This document shows, in pieces, positions 11,418 to 21,608 of a stretch of DNA of 51,012 bases. The notes under the pieces were generated by a model. The model ran no database searches. It saw nothing but the letters and a program-made list of their open reading frames with translations, and was not told the origin of the DNA. Position numbers and translations under genes: made by a program. The number at the start of each line of letters is the position of its first letter. Position 1 is the first letter of the stretch. Source of the DNA: an uncultured Planctomycetales bacterium (GTDB lineage: Bacteria > Planctomycetota > UBA1135); NCBI GenBank assembly GCA_964591365.1, contig CAZQAP010000001.1, positions 1 through 51,012 on the forward strand. Direction: 5' to 3'.

Positions 11418-13481
11418 ATGGACCTGGGTCGGCTCCGGAACATCGGCATCGTCGCGCACATCGACGCGGGGAAAACCACCCTGACCGAACGGATCCTCTT
11501 CTACACCGGGGTGGAGCATCGGATGGGCGAGGTCCACGACGGGACGGCGGTCATGGACTGGATGGAAGAAGAGCGCCGGCGGGGGATCACCATTTCCGCC
11601 GCCGCAACCCGCTGTCCCTGGAAGGGGGCTTTCATCCAGATCATCGACACCCCCGGACACGTCGATTTCACCGCCGAAGTCAGCCGCTCCCTGCGGGTTC
11701 TGGACGGCGCGGTGGTGGTGGTCTGTGCGGTTGCCGGCGTGCAGGCCCAGACCGAGACGGTCTGGCGGCAGGCCGATCGTTACCGGGTTCCCCGGCTGGT
11801 CTTCGTCAACAAGATCGACCGGCGCGGGGCCGATTTCGCCCGGGCCGTGCAGAGCCTGCGGGCCCGGCTGGGGGCCAACCCGGTTCCAGTCCAGATTCCC
11901 CTTGGTTCCGGAGACGACTTTCGCGGCGTGATCGACCTCGTGCGCCGCCGCCTCCTCACTTGGGAAAGCGAGGATCTGGGGGCGGCGGTTCATGAGGAAG
12001 AGATTCCCCCAGAGGCGCTCGCGGAAGCCGAAAAGGCCCGCACCGGGCTCTGTGAGGCCGTGGCCGAATGCTGTGAAGACCTCCTGGACGTCTATTTGAC
12101 GGAAGAGACCCTCTCTCCCGAGCTCCTTGCCCGGGGGTTGCGGCAGGCCACCCTGGCGGGCGGACTGGTCCCCGTTCTGGTTGGTTCCGCCCTCCGCAAC
12201 CAGGGGGTGCAGCCCCTTCTGGACGCGATCCTGGCCTGTCTGCCCTCCCCGCTGGAACGTCCGCCCGTGGTGGGCTTCGATCCCGCGGATCCCGACAAGC
12301 CCCTCGAGCGCCCGCCCGATCCCGAAGCCCCCCTCTGCGGGCTGGTCTTCAAGGTCTTCCACGAAGCGCACAGCATCCTTTTTTTCCTGCGCATCTATTC
12401 GGGGGTCCTGCGTGAAGGAGATCTGCTTTATCTTTCCCGGGAGAAAGGCGCCGAACGGGTCCAGCAGATCCTGGTGATGCACGCCAATCATCGCGAGCGG
12501 ATCCGGGAGGCCGGACCCGGGTCGGTGGTGGTGGTTCCCGGCCTGAAGAGGGCCCAGACGGGAGACACCCTCTTTCACCGGGGGGAGGCCATTTCCCTTG
12601 AACCGATCGACTTTCCCGAGCCGGTCATCACCCTCACCGTGGAACCCGAACGCCTGGCCCAGCGGGAAAAACTGCTGGACGCCCTGCGCGTGATCGACCG
12701 CGAGGACCCGACCCTGCGGGTCCAGCTTGATGAAGACTCGGGCCAGGCCAAGCTTGCCGGCATGGGGGAGCTTCACCTCGAGGTGGTTCTGCACCGCTTG
12801 AAGCAGGATTTCCGGGTGGCCGCCCGGGCGGGAAGGCCGCGGGTCTCCTACCGGGAGACGGTCGTGGAAGAGCATGGCGGGACCGCCCGGGTGGAGCGGC
12901 CCATGGCCGAGGGAGGCCGGCAGGCTGTCGAGGTGTCCCTGCGGGTCCGCCCGGGGCCCCAGGCACCTCCCCGGATCGTGTTCGGGGAGGGGTTTTCCGC
13001 TCTTCCCGGCGCCGTCCGGGAGGCCCTGCACCGCGAAAGCGGGGATCTCGTGGCCTCCGCCGGGAGCCTGGGCTATCCCCTGGCCCAGATCGAGCTGGAG
13101 ATCCAGCAACTCTCCTGGCACCCTCCGGAGATTCCCCCCTCGGTGGAATTGATCCTCGGGGGAATGGCTCGGGCTCTGGACCATGCCCTGGATGGGAATG
13201 CCCGGCTCCTGGAGCCGATCATGGATCTTCGGGCGGAGGTGCCCGAGGCTTTTTTGAGCCCGGTCTTGAGCGATCTCCAGGCCCGGCAGGCGGAAGTCCG
13301 CGACATGAAGGTCCACGGGGACCAGCGGCATATCCGGGCCAGGGTGCCTCTCCAAGCCATGTTCGCCTGGTCCACCCGGCTCCGCTCCCTCACCCAGGGC
13401 CGCGGGACCTTCTCGCTTGAGCCCTGCGGATACGCACCGGTCCCCCCGGACCGGGCTCGGGCGCTTCTACCTGGGATTTGA
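11418..13481 (+). CDS. fusA: Elongation factor G family GTPase (divergent domain IV)
   Basis: The ATG at 11418 within track ORF 11163..13481 gives [31 protein letters not shown].., with [13 protein letters not shown] and NKID motifs. The product is 687 aa and sits at the canonical str-operon position. Confidence 0.9.
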   Translation: MDLGRLRNIGIVAHIDAGKTTLTERILFYTGVEHRMGEVHDGTAVMDWMEEERRRGITISAAATRCPWKGAFIQIIDTPGHVDFTAEVSRSLRVLDGAVVVVCAVAGVQAQTETVWRQADRYRVPRLVFVNKIDRRGADFARAVQSLRARLGANPVPVQIPLGSGDDFRGVIDLVRRRLLTWESEDLGAAVHEEEIPPEALAEAEKARTGLCEAVAECCEDLLDVYLTEETLSPELLARGLRQATLAGGLVPVLVGSALRNQGVQPLLDAILACLPSPLERPPVVGFDPADPDKPLERPPDPEAPLCGLVFKVFHEAHSILFFLRIYSGVLREGDLLYLSREKGAERVQQILVMHANHRERIREAGPGSVVVVPGLKRAQTGDTLFHRGEAISLEPIDFPEPVITLTVEPERLAQREKLLDALRVIDREDPTLRVQLDEDSGQAKLAGMGELHLEVVLHRLKQDFRVAARAGRPRVSYRETVVEEHGGTARVERPMAEGGRQAVEVSLRVRPGPQAPPRIVFGEGFSALPGAVREALHRESGDLVASAGSLGYPLAQIELEIQQLSWHPPEIPPSVELILGGMARALDHALDGNARLLEPIMDLRAEVPEAFLSPVLSDLQARQAEVRDMKVHGDQRHIRARVPLQAMFAWSTRLRSLTQGRGTFSLEPCGYAPVPPDRARALLPGI

Positions 13482-13546
13482 ACCCCGGAAGGGGCCGGGA
13501 AAAGCGGGGTTTTCGGGCCGGGACCCCGGAAGGCAGGTCTTTCTGC

Positions 13547-13574
13547 TTGACCCCCCGGGCCTCGTTGTTAGAAT
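13547..13574 (+). promoter_or_regulatory. Candidate strong promoter for the S10 operon (TTGACC-16 nt-TGtTAGAAT extended -10)
   Basis: TTGACC is at 13547-13552 and TAGAAT at 13569-13574, preceded by TGT (extended -10). It lies in the 189-nt fusA-rpsJ spacer, about 97 nt upstream of the rpsJ ATG. Confidence 0.5.
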
Positions 13575-13670
13575 CCCAGGCCCGATTTCGGGACGCAAGC
13601 CCTGGTTTTTGCCCGGACCCAACCCTGCTTCAGCACGGCGGATAGGCAAACCGGGGCTCGGAGTGCATCC

Positions 13671-13979
13671 ATGGCGGACAACCGGATCCAAATTCGCCTC
13701 GAAGCTTACGACCACGAAGCCATCGACCAGGCTACCGAGTCGATCCTTGAGGCTGCACGCCTCACGGGGGTCAAGGTGTCGGGGCCCATCCCGCTTCCCA
13801 CCCGGGTGGAGCGCTACACGGTGCTGCGCTCCCCTCATATCGACAAGAAATCCCGCGAGCAGTTCGAGATCCGGACCCACAAGCGCCTGATGTACCTGCT
13901 CGAACCCACCCCGGCCACGGTGGACGCCCTCAACCGGCTGGTCCTTTCCGCCGGAGTCGACGTCCGGATCAAGGTGTGA
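13671..13979 (+). CDS. rpsJ: 30S ribosomal protein S10
   Basis: The 102-aa ORF reads ..[18 protein letters not shown].. and ..SGPIPLPT....[22 protein letters not shown]. Confidence 0.97.
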   Translation: MADNRIQIRLEAYDHEAIDQATESILEAARLTGVKVSGPIPLPTRVERYTVLRSPHIDKKSREQFEIRTHKRLMYLLEPTPATVDALNRLVLSAGVDVRIKV

Positions 13980-13981
13980 CG

Positions 13982-14635
13982 ATGGCAGTGGTCAAGGTTC
14001 TTCTGGCCCGCAAGAAGGGGATGACCCAGCTCTTCCGCGAGGACGGCAGCGTGGTGCCCGTCACGGTTCTGGAAGCCGGGCCCTGCACCGTGACCGGCGT
14101 GCGGACCCCGGAACGGGACGGCTACACCGCGGTCCAGGTCGGGTTCCTGCCTGCCCGCGAGAAGCACGTCCGCAAACCCCAGAGGGTTGCCGCGGAGAAA
14201 GCGGGCGTGAAACCCCACCGGGTTCTGCGCGAGTTCCGCATGGCGGCGACCGAAGGGTATGAAATCGGCAAGGAACTCAAGGCCGACCTCTTCGAGGCCG
14301 GCGACGTGGTCGACGTGGCCGGAACCTCCAAGGGCCGGGGGTTTGCCGGGACGATCAAGGCCCACGGGTTCAGCCGGGGGCCGGAATCCCACGGTTCCAT
14401 GAATGTGCGCGCCCCCGGTTCGATCGGCTGTTCCGCCTATCCGGCCCGGGTCTTCAAAGGGACGCGCATGGCGCGGCACTACGGCGCCGCCCGGCGGACC
14501 CTGAAGAATCTCGTCGTGGAAGGGGTGGACCCCGAGCGGGGCCTTCTGCTCGTCCGCGGCGGCGTTCCCGGGCCCCCCAACGGCCTGCTCCAGGTGCGCA
14601 CCGCACGGACCGGATCCTCCAAGAAGAAGGGCTGA
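13982..14635 (+). CDS. rplC: 50S ribosomal protein L3
   Basis: The sequence [18 protein letters not shown]...GKGFAG..K.HGF.. is L3-like. ATG 13982 has AGGTG upstream. The alternative GTG 13976 overlaps the rpsJ stop. Confidence 0.95.
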   Translation: MAVVKVLLARKKGMTQLFREDGSVVPVTVLEAGPCTVTGVRTPERDGYTAVQVGFLPAREKHVRKPQRVAAEKAGVKPHRVLREFRMAATEGYEIGKELKADLFEAGDVVDVAGTSKGRGFAGTIKAHGFSRGPESHGSMNVRAPGSIGCSAYPARVFKGTRMARHYGAARRTLKNLVVEGVDPERGLLLVRGGVPGPPNGLLQVRTARTGSSKKKG

Positions 14636-14652
14636 TTCCAGGACAATCGGAC

Positions 14653-15294
14653 ATGGCCATCATCTCCACCTTCGATCTTGCCAAGGGAACCGTGGGAAAA
14701 ACCGACTTCCCCACGGAGGTCCTGGGGGAAAAAATCCTTTTCCGCACCCTGAAGGATGTCGTGGTCCAGGTCCAATCCAATCAGCGCCAGGGCGACGCCC
14801 ACACGAAGATCCGCACGGACCTCCGGGGGCACAAGAAGAAACCCTGGAAGCAGAAGAAGACCGGGCGGGCGCGGGCCGGCGACCGGCGCAGCCCGCTCTG
14901 GGTCGGCGGTGCCACGGTCTTCGGACCCCGAAACTCCCGCCGCTGGACCTACCACCTGCCCCGCAAGCAGCGGCTGGCCGCCCTGCGGAGCGCCCTTCTT
15001 GGCAAGATCCAGGATGGAGAGGTGATTGCCCTGCAGGGGGTTTCTTTTTCCCTGCCTTCTTCCAAGAAGGCCCGCGGAATCCTGGCGAAGTGCGTGCCCC
15101 AGGGTTCCGCCCTGGTTCTTCTGGCCAGCCCGGAGGAGAATTGCTGGAAGTCGTTCCGCAACTTTCCCCGGGTCGGGGTCGCCTCCGCCGCGGAGGTCAA
15201 TGCCTACGACCTCCTGGCCCACAAATGGCTGCTGGCCCAGGAAGGCGCCCTGGAGGCCCTTTGCGCCCGCTTCTCGCCGGCGGAGGAGGAGTGA
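14653..15294 (+). CDS. rplD: 50S ribosomal protein L4
   Basis: The 213-aa ORF contains ..[30 protein letters not shown].., an L4 hallmark. Confidence 0.95.
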   Translation: MAIISTFDLAKGTVGKTDFPTEVLGEKILFRTLKDVVVQVQSNQRQGDAHTKIRTDLRGHKKKPWKQKKTGRARAGDRRSPLWVGGATVFGPRNSRRWTYHLPRKQRLAALRSALLGKIQDGEVIALQGVSFSLPSSKKARGILAKCVPQGSALVLLASPEENCWKSFRNFPRVGVASAAEVNAYDLLAHKWLLAQEGALEALCARFSPAEEE

Positions 15295-15298
15295 GCCA

Positions 15299-15589
15299 GT
15301 GACCCGGCTCTCCGAACACTTCCAGGTCATCCTGCACCCGGTCCTGACCGAGAAATCGACCGAGGAACAGGAGCGGCTCAATGTCTACCGGTTCGAGGTT
15401 GCCGGCGGGGTCAACCGGATCGAAATCAAGAAGGCCGTCGAAGCCATCTTCGAGGTGAAGGTGGATTCGGTGAACACCCAGGTCCGCAGCGGAAAAATGC
15501 GGCGGAGGGGACAGCACTACTTCCAGCGCCCCCCCCGGAAGATTGCCATCGTCAAGCTCAAGGAAGGCAGCAAGATCGAGCTTCTCTGA
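15299..15589 (+). CDS. rplW: 50S ribosomal protein L23
   Basis: GTG 15299 is preceded by GGAGGAGGAG. The translation VTRLSEHFQVILHPVLTEKST...YRFEV....NRIEIKKAVEAIFEVKV..VNT is L23-like. Confidence 0.9.
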   Translation: MTRLSEHFQVILHPVLTEKSTEEQERLNVYRFEVAGGVNRIEIKKAVEAIFEVKVDSVNTQVRSGKMRRRGQHYFQRPPRKIAIVKLKEGSKIELL

Positions 15590-15607
15590 TTATTCCGCGC
15601 AAGAACC

Positions 15608-16441
15608 ATGGGACTCAAACTGTACAAACCCACTTCGCCCGGCCGCCGGGGAGCCTCGGTCCTGGACCGCGCCGAACTCACGCGGAACCGCCCGGAGAAG
15701 AGCCTTCTCGCCCCGCTGAAGAGGACCGGTGGACGCAACAACATCGGAAGGGTCACGGCCTGGCACCGGGGCGGCGGCCATAAACGGCGCTACCGGGTCA
15801 TCGACTTCCGCCGGGAGAAGGACGGCGTTCCGGCAAAGGTCGCCCATGTCGAATACGATCCGAACCGCTCGGCCTACATCGCCCTGCTTCACTATGCGGA
15901 CGGCGAAAAACGCTACATCCTCTGGCCTTCCGGTCTGAAACAGGGCGACACCATCCTTTCAGGATCCGGGGCCGAACCCCGGGTCGGGTGTGCCATGGCT
16001 CTTGCGGACATGCCGCTCGGGATGGCCGTCCACAACATCGAACTCAAGATCGGCCAGGGCGGAAAGATGGCGCGCGCGGCCGGCTCCTCGGCCCGGCTGG
16101 TCGCCCGGGAAAACCAGTATGCCCTGCTTTCCCTGCCCAGCGGGGAACTTCGCAAGGTGCACGTCCGCTGCCGGGCCACCATCGGCACCGTCGGCAACTC
16201 CGACCACAAGAACGTCAAGGCCGGGAAGGCGGGCCGGCGGCGCCACCAGGGCCGGCGGCCTCATGTCCGCGGTGTGGCCATGTATCCCGCCGCCCACCCC
16301 CACGGAGGCGGGGAAGGCCGCACCAAGGGGAAGCACCCGGTTTCTCCCTGGGGCAAGTCCGCGAAGGGCGGGAAGACCCGGAGCCCCCGCAAACCCTCCT
16401 CCAAATTCATCGTTCGACGCCGGAAAAAGGGCGTGAGGTAG
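15608..16441 (+). CDS. rplB: 50S ribosomal protein L2
   Basis: The 277-aa ORF contains ..[20 protein letters not shown].. and ..[14 protein letters not shown]... Confidence 0.97.
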   Translation: MGLKLYKPTSPGRRGASVLDRAELTRNRPEKSLLAPLKRTGGRNNIGRVTAWHRGGGHKRRYRVIDFRREKDGVPAKVAHVEYDPNRSAYIALLHYADGEKRYILWPSGLKQGDTILSGSGAEPRVGCAMALADMPLGMAVHNIELKIGQGGKMARAAGSSARLVARENQYALLSLPSGELRKVHVRCRATIGTVGNSDHKNVKAGKAGRRRHQGRRPHVRGVAMYPAAHPHGGGEGRTKGKHPVSPWGKSAKGGKTRSPRKPSSKFIVRRRKKGVR

Positions 16442-16444
16442 GCC

Positions 16445-16717
16445 ATGGGACGCAGCATTCGAAAGGGCCCTTTCATCGATCCCCGGCTCCATCGCAAGGT
16501 GGAGAAGGCGAGCCGGGAGGGGGATCATCATCCCATCAAGACATGGGCCCGTTCCAGCGTGCTCCTGCCTGAATACGTCGGCATGACTTTCATGGTCCAT
16601 AACGGACGGAAATTCCTCAAGGTCTACGTGACCGAGGACATGGTCGGGCATCGGCTTGGGGAATTCTCGGCCACCCGGACCTTCCGCGGCCATGGCGGCA
16701 GCAAGAAGGACAAGTAA
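16445..16717 (+). CDS. rpsS: 30S ribosomal protein S19
   Basis: The 90-aa ORF reads [15 protein letters not shown]......TW.R.S...[32 protein letters not shown]. Confidence 0.97.
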   Translation: MGRSIRKGPFIDPRLHRKVEKASREGDHHPIKTWARSSVLLPEYVGMTFMVHNGRKFLKVYVTEDMVGHRLGEFSATRTFRGHGGSKKDK

Positions 16718-16765
16718 AGGGAAAAAGGAGAAGCAGGAGAAAACCAGCGAAGGAGAAAACCGATC

Positions 16766-17116
16766 GTGCAATTCCGCGCTTCTCACCGCTACGCCCACAT
16801 CTCCGCCAAGAAGGCCCGCCCTGCGGCCAACTTGATCCGGGGACTGGAAATCAACACTGCGCTCCAGCTTTTGGAAGGCAGCCTCAGCCGCGGGGCATCC
16901 CTATTCACCAAGGTTCTGCGGTCCGCGGTCGCCAACGCCAGCCAGAACGAGGCTGTCGACGTCAACAACCTGATCGTCTCCGATGCCCGCGTTGACGAGG
17001 GTCCCCTCGTTCATGGGCGGGCCCGCTTCCGCCCCGGAGCCATGGGACGGGCCATGCCCATTCGGCGGCGGACCGCCCACATCAAAGTCACCGTTTCCGA
17101 ACGCGAGGAAGTCTGA
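16766..17116 (+). CDS. rplV: 50S ribosomal protein L22
   Basis: The start is GTG 16766. The translation ..RASHRYAHISAKKARPAANLIRG... and ..RARFRPGAMGRAMPIRRRTAHI.V is L22-like. Confidence 0.95.
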   Translation: MQFRASHRYAHISAKKARPAANLIRGLEINTALQLLEGSLSRGASLFTKVLRSAVANASQNEAVDVNNLIVSDARVDEGPLVHGRARFRPGAMGRAMPIRRRTAHIKVTVSEREEV

Positions 17117-17118
17117 AC

Positions 17119-17736
17119 ATGGGACAAAAATGCCATCCGATCGGCTTCCGGGTCGGGATCACCGAACCTTGGCGCTCCCGCTGGTTCGCCCGGGGCCCCG
17201 AATACGGAAACCAGCTCGTTCTGGATTTTCGCATCCGGGAGCAGATCCGGTCCCGGTTCCGGAAGGGGGTCATTTCGCGGATCGACATCCAGCGGAGAGG
17301 GGACCGGATCACCGTTCTGATTCTTTGCACCCGCAAGGGGGAGGTCATCGGGAAGGGGTACGCCACCCGGGACCGCCTGGTTTCCGATCTGGAAGACCTG
17401 ACCGGCGGAGAGGTCAAGATGGACATCCAGGAAGTGGCCCATTGGGATCTGGACGCGCAGACCGTTGCGGAGAACCTGGCCGGAGCAGTGGAACGGCGGG
17501 TCTCCCCCCGCAGGCAGATCAAGCGCGTCCTCGAGAATTCCATGAATGCCGGTGCGGAAGGTGTGAAAATCGAGGTTTCCGGGCGGATCGACGGCTCTGA
17601 AATGGGGCGCCGGCTCGTCAAGCGGTCCGGCCGCATTCCCCTCCAAACCCTTGATGCAAGGGTGGATTACGGCTTTTCCGAAGCCAAGACCACCTACGGC
17701 GTTCTGGGAATCAAGGTCTGGATCTTTGCAGGATAA
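17119..17736 (+). CDS. rpsC: 30S ribosomal protein S3
   Basis: The 205-aa ORF begins MGQKCHPIGFRVGI...W.SRWFA and shows a KH-domain pattern. Confidence 0.95.
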   Translation: MGQKCHPIGFRVGITEPWRSRWFARGPEYGNQLVLDFRIREQIRSRFRKGVISRIDIQRRGDRITVLILCTRKGEVIGKGYATRDRLVSDLEDLTGGEVKMDIQEVAHWDLDAQTVAENLAGAVERRVSPRRQIKRVLENSMNAGAEGVKIEVSGRIDGSEMGRRLVKRSGRIPLQTLDARVDYGFSEAKTTYGVLGIKVWIFAG

Positions 17737-17742
17737 CCAGCC

Positions 17743-18153
17743 ATGTTGATGCCCAAACGAGTCAAATACCGGAAGACCCAGCGCGGCCACGTGAAGGGGA
17801 ACGCGACCCGCGGGAACAAGGTCGCCTTCGGGGATTTCGGTCTTCAAGCCCTGGAATGGACCTGGCTGAGCGCCCGGACCATCGAAGCCGGCCGGGTGGC
17901 GGCGGGCCGTGCCGCTCCGGACGGAAAGGTCTGGATCCGGGTCTTCCCGCACAAGTCCGTGACTTCAAAGCCCCTTGAAGTGCGGATGGGCTCTGGAAAA
18001 GGGGACGTCGACCGGTGGGTGGCGGTGGTCAAGCCCGGAACCATCCTCTACGAGGTCGGAGGGGTGGATGCCCGGACCGCCCGGATCGCCTTGAACAGGG
18101 TGGCCCATAAAATGCCCATCAAAGTCCGCATGGTCGCCCGGAAACACCTCTAG
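17743..18153 (+). CDS. rplP: 50S ribosomal protein L16
   Basis: The translation [29 protein letters not shown] is an L16 hallmark. Confidence 0.97.
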   Translation: MLMPKRVKYRKTQRGHVKGNATRGNKVAFGDFGLQALEWTWLSARTIEAGRVAAGRAAPDGKVWIRVFPHKSVTSKPLEVRMGSGKGDVDRWVAVVKPGTILYEVGGVDARTARIALNRVAHKMPIKVRMVARKHL

Positions 18154-18164
18154 GACGCAGAAAC

Positions 18165-18377
18165 ATGAAATCCCGGGAAATCCGCGGCAAAGAAGACGCC
18201 GAGATCCAGTACGACATGGATCAGCTGTCCAGGCAGCTCTTCGACATGCGGTTCCGCTCGCTTACCGAAGGAAACCCGGACCCCTCGAAAATCCGGAGGA
18301 TCCGAAAAGATCTCGCCCGCATGCTCACGATTCTTCGCGAGCGTGAAAAAGGAATCCGGGGCCAGAAAAACCGCTGA
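18165..18377 (+). CDS. rpmC: 50S ribosomal protein L29
   Basis: The 70-aa ORF reads MKSREIRGKEDAEI...L..QLFDMRF......NP..IR.IRKDLARMLT and sits between rplP and rpsQ. Confidence 0.9.
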   Translation: MKSREIRGKEDAEIQYDMDQLSRQLFDMRFRSLTEGNPDPSKIRRIRKDLARMLTILREREKGIRGQKNR

Positions 18378-18379
18378 CC

Positions 18380-18685
18380 ATGACTGATCCCTCTCCCCCC
18401 CAGACCGACACCGGAAGTTCGAAGACCCCCCGGAACCAGCGCCAGGTTCTTCAGGGAAGGGTGGTGTCCGCAAACCGATCCAAGACCATCACGGTCGAGG
18501 TCTCGCGGTCGGCCATGCATCCCCGCTATCACAAGACCATGCAAAAGCGGAGGAGATTCCATGCCCACGATGAGGCCGACCAGGCCCGTCTGGGCGACAT
18601 GGTGGAAATCACCAGCACCCGTCCGATCAGCAAGAGCAAGCGCTGGCGTCTGGTCCGGATTGTCGCCGAGGCTCCCAGATCCTGA
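18380..18685 (+). CDS. rpsQ: 30S ribosomal protein S17
   Basis: The 101-aa ORF contains ..[19 protein letters not shown]...HPRYHK......RFHAHDE......GD.V.I...RPISK.KRW.L..I. Confidence 0.9.
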   Translation: MTDPSPPQTDTGSSKTPRNQRQVLQGRVVSANRSKTITVEVSRSAMHPRYHKTMQKRRRFHAHDEADQARLGDMVEITSTRPISKSKRWRLVRIVAEAPRS

Positions 18686-18707
18686 GCCCTTCGAACGGAG
18701 CAAGACG

Positions 18708-19076
18708 ATGATCCAGATGCAGACACGATTGAATGTGGCCGATAACAGCGGGGCGCGGGTGGCCGTTTGCATCAAGGTGCTCGGCGGAACAGGCCGGCGT
18801 TATGCAAGTCTCGGGGATTTGGTCGTCGCTTCCGTGAAGCGGGCCACCCCCGGGGCGGAAGTCAAGCCCGGAATGGTCGTCCGGGGAGTTGTCGTCCGCT
18901 GCAAGAAGGCGGTTCGGCGGGAAGACGGTTCCTATGTCCGCTTCGACAGCAATGCGCTCGTCCTCGTGGATGGAGAAGGAAACCCCCGCGGAACACGGAT
19001 TTTCGGAGCCGTGGCCCGGGAACTCCGGCAGCGGAAGTACCTCAAGATCGTGTCGCTGGCGCAGGAGGTCGTCTGA
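18708..19076 (+). CDS. rplN: 50S ribosomal protein L14
   Basis: The ATG at 18708 within track ORF 18561..19076 gives [17 protein letters not shown]...CIKVLGG, an L14 hallmark. Confidence 0.97.
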   Translation: MIQMQTRLNVADNSGARVAVCIKVLGGTGRRYASLGDLVVASVKRATPGAEVKPGMVVRGVVVRCKKAVRREDGSYVRFDSNALVLVDGEGNPRGTRIFGAVARELRQRKYLKIVSLAQEVV

Positions 19077-19078
19077 GC

Positions 19079-19390
19079 ATGGTTCTGAAGCGCGGTGATG
19101 AGATCATTGTGATCGCCGGGAACGACCGGGGAAAGCGCGGCAAGGTTCTGCACGTCCACTCCGGTCCCGCCGGGCGGATTCTCGTGGAAGGGGTCAACAT
19201 CCGGGTCAAGCATCTTCGCAAGAGCACCGCCAACCCGCAGGGCGGCCGTGTCGAGCGGGAGATGCCCATCCACGCCTCCAACGTCCTCCTGTGGAGCAGC
19301 AAGGCTGGGAAGGGGGTCCGGACCCGCCTCGTCGAGGAAAAGGGCCGCAAGGTCCGGATTGGAATCCCCTGTGGAACGAAGTTCGATTGA
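19079..19390 (+). CDS. rplX: 50S ribosomal protein L24
   Basis: The ATG at 19079 gives ..LKRGDEIIVIAGNDRGKRGKVL.V......ILVEGVN..VKH.., an L24 KOW motif. Confidence 0.93.
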   Translation: MVLKRGDEIIVIAGNDRGKRGKVLHVHSGPAGRILVEGVNIRVKHLRKSTANPQGGRVEREMPIHASNVLLWSSKAGKGVRTRLVEEKGRKVRIGIPCGTKFD

Positions 19391-19947
19391 TGAAAACCAC
19401 GACCCTCCCCCGGCTTCAAGAACGGTACCTCCAGACCGTGCTTCCCTCCCTCATGGAGAAGCTCGGAATCGAAAGCCGTCTTCAGGCTCCCCGGCTGAGC
19501 AAGATCGTTGTCAGCATGGGTGTTGGAAAGGCCGTGGAGAACAAAGCCCGGGTCGAAGCCGCGGCCAAGGATCTCGCCGCGATTTCCGGCCAGAAAGCGG
19601 TCATCAAACGGGCCAGGAAATCCGTTGCTTCCTTCCACCTCCGGGCCGGGATGCCGGTGGGGTGCATGGTCACCCTGCGGGGGGTGAGAATGTACGAATT
19701 CCTCGACCGGCTGATCTCGGTGGTCCTTCCGCGGATCCGGGACTTCCGCGGGGTCAAGGACAATTTTGACGGCCGGGGCAATTTCAGCCTGGGCCTTACG
19801 GAACAGACGTTCTTCCCCGAAATCAACCTGGACAAGGTGGAATTCCAGCAGGGCATGAACGTGACCATCGTTTCCACCGCCCGGACCGATGAAGAGGGCC
19901 GGGCCCTCCTGGAAGGGTTTGGAATGCCATTCCGCCGCAAAGACTGA
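19390..19947 (+). CDS. rplE: 50S ribosomal protein L5
   Basis: The ATG at 19390 shares its A with the rplX TGA stop. The translation MKTTTLPRLQERY...V.P.LMEK.G......P.L.KIVV.MGVG..... is L5-like. Confidence 0.95.
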   Translation: MKTTTLPRLQERYLQTVLPSLMEKLGIESRLQAPRLSKIVVSMGVGKAVENKARVEAAAKDLAAISGQKAVIKRARKSVASFHLRAGMPVGCMVTLRGVRMYEFLDRLISVVLPRIRDFRGVKDNFDGRGNFSLGLTEQTFFPEINLDKVEFQQGMNVTIVSTARTDEEGRALLEGFGMPFRRKD

Positions 19948-19950
19948 TTC

Positions 19951-20256
19951 ATGGCAAAAACAAGCGTCATCAACCGGCAGAAGAAGCGCGAAGCTCTTGT
20001 GGCCCGGTTTGCAGAAAGAAGGAACCAGCTTCGGACGGTCCTCCGGAATCCCGAGGCCAGCATCGAAGAGAAGCTCGCAGCACGGATCCAGCTTCATAAA
20101 ATGCCCAAGGACAGCAGCAAGGTCCGGCTCCACTTCCGCTGCCTTTTGACCGGACGTCCCCGCGGCTACTACCGGAGATTCAAAGTGTCCCGGATGGTTT
20201 TCCGCAAACTTGCCCATCAGGGGGAGCTTCCCGGCGTCCGCAAGGCCTCGTGGTAG
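19951..20256 (+). CDS. rpsN: 30S ribosomal protein S14 (long, 101-aa type)
   Basis: The translation reads MAKTSVINRQKKRE..V..FAERR..L....... and ..RCLLTGRPRGYYRRFKVSRMVFRKLAHQGELPGVRKASW. Confidence 0.93.
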   Translation: MAKTSVINRQKKREALVARFAERRNQLRTVLRNPEASIEEKLAARIQLHKMPKDSSKVRLHFRCLLTGRPRGYYRRFKVSRMVFRKLAHQGELPGVRKASW

Positions 20257-20266
20257 GAGATCCATC

Positions 20267-20668
20267 ATGACGATGACTGACCCGATTGCCGATCTTCTCA
20301 CCCGCATCCGGAACGGACTCCAGGTCCGGAAGCGGACGGTTGAAATCCCTTCCTCGCGGGCGAAGAGCAACCTCGCCCTCATCCTCAAGGAAGAGGGCTA
20401 CATCAAGGATGTCGAAGCCTTCGAGGATTCCCAAGGCTTCGGGCATCTTCGGATCCACCTGAAGTACGGCGAGGACGGAATCCCCGCCATACAGGAGATC
20501 CGGCGCGTTTCCAAGCCCGGCCGCCGTGTCTATGCGGGAGCCCGTTCCCTTCCCACCGTAAGGCGCGGGCTGGGCATTGCCATCCTGACGACCTCCCGGG
20601 GGATTGTGAGCGTCCGCAAAGCGGAAGAACTCGGCGTTGGAGGGGAGGTCCTCTGCACCGTCTTCTAG
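20267..20668 (+). CDS. rpsH: 30S ribosomal protein S8
   Basis: The ATG at 20267 gives MTMTDPIADLLTRIRNG..V.K..V.IPSS..K..LA.ILKEEGYI. Confidence 0.95.
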   Translation: MTMTDPIADLLTRIRNGLQVRKRTVEIPSSRAKSNLALILKEEGYIKDVEAFEDSQGFGHLRIHLKYGEDGIPAIQEIRRVSKPGRRVYAGARSLPTVRRGLGIAILTTSRGIVSVRKAEELGVGGEVLCTVF

Positions 20669-20681
20669 GCGGGGAAAAAGC

Positions 20682-21221
20682 ATGTCTCGAATCGGCATTC
20701 AGGAAGTTTCCTTCCCCTCCGGAGTCTCCGTGGCCTCTTCAGGGGGTTCCATCCAAGTCAAGGGACCCAAAGGGGCCCTTGACTTCCCTCTCTTCCCGGA
20801 GCTTCAACTTGAAGTGCAGGACAATGCTGCCCGGGTGAAACCCGCCGGGGATTCCTCAAGACGCGTCCGGGCCCTCTGGGGGCTGACCCGCGCCCATCTG
20901 GCCAACATGGTCGAGGGGGTTTCCAAGGGGTACGCCAGATCCCTGACCATCATCGGAACGGGTTGGAATGCAAAACCCTCGGGAAACGGAATCGAGCTTC
21001 AAATCGGGTTCTGCCATACCGTCAAGTGCGTCCCACCCGAAGGAGTGACCGTCAGCGTTCCCTCGCCGAATGAGATCCTGGTGAGCGGCGCCGACAAGCA
21101 GAAAGTGGGGCAGTTCGCCGCTAACATCCGAAAAGTCCGCCCCCCGGAACCCTACAAAGGAAAAGGGATCCGCTACAAGGACGAGGAAGTCCGGCGAAAG
21201 ACCGGGAAATCGCTTGGGTGA
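20682..21221 (+). CDS. rplF: 50S ribosomal protein L6
   Basis: The ATG at 20682 gives MSRIGIQEVSFPSGVSV.....SIQVKGPKG.L......., and ..EPYKGKGIRYKDE.VRRK.GKS. Confidence 0.95.
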   Translation: MSRIGIQEVSFPSGVSVASSGGSIQVKGPKGALDFPLFPELQLEVQDNAARVKPAGDSSRRVRALWGLTRAHLANMVEGVSKGYARSLTIIGTGWNAKPSGNGIELQIGFCHTVKCVPPEGVTVSVPSPNEILVSGADKQKVGQFAANIRKVRPPEPYKGKGIRYKDEEVRRKTGKSLG

Positions 21222-21227
21222 GTGATC

Positions 21228-21602
21228 ATGGACCATCTCCGCCAAAAGAAGAAATGGAAGCGCCGTCTTCGCAAGAAGCTTGGCGTCCGCCGGCGACTCC
21301 GTGCCGTGGGGGACCGCCCGCGGCTCTCCGTCTACCGGAGCCACAAGAACATCTCCGTACAGGTCATCGATGATCTGGGGGGGTGCACCCTGGCTTCTGC
21401 GAGCACATTCGAATCGGACATCAAGAAACAGGCCGCGGGGAAGACAAAGACCGAACAGGCGATTCTTGTCGGGAATGCCATTGCTGACCGGGCGAAGGCC
21501 GCGGGAATCGAAAAGGTGATCTTCGACCGGGGCTACTACCTCTACCACGGGCGCATTCAAGCGCTCGCCGATGCCGCCCGGAAAGGCGGACTCCAGTTCT
21601 AG
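21228..21602 (+). CDS. rplR: 50S ribosomal protein L18
   Basis: The translation ..[38 protein letters not shown].. and ..[25 protein letters not shown] is L18-like. The alternative start is GTG 21222. Confidence 0.93.
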   Translation: MDHLRQKKKWKRRLRKKLGVRRRLRAVGDRPRLSVYRSHKNISVQVIDDLGGCTLASASTFESDIKKQAAGKTKTEQAILVGNAIADRAKAAGIEKVIFDRGYYLYHGRIQALADAARKGGLQF

Positions 21603-21608
21603 GACGCC

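Noticed and set aside
16735-16761. An 11-nt direct repeat AGGAGAAAACC occurs twice (16735-45 and 16751-61) in the rpsS-rplV spacer.
   Set aside because: It is a very short purine-rich duplication containing the rplV Shine-Dalgarno sequence. It is most simply a slippage duplication, and there is too little information to call it a regulatory element.
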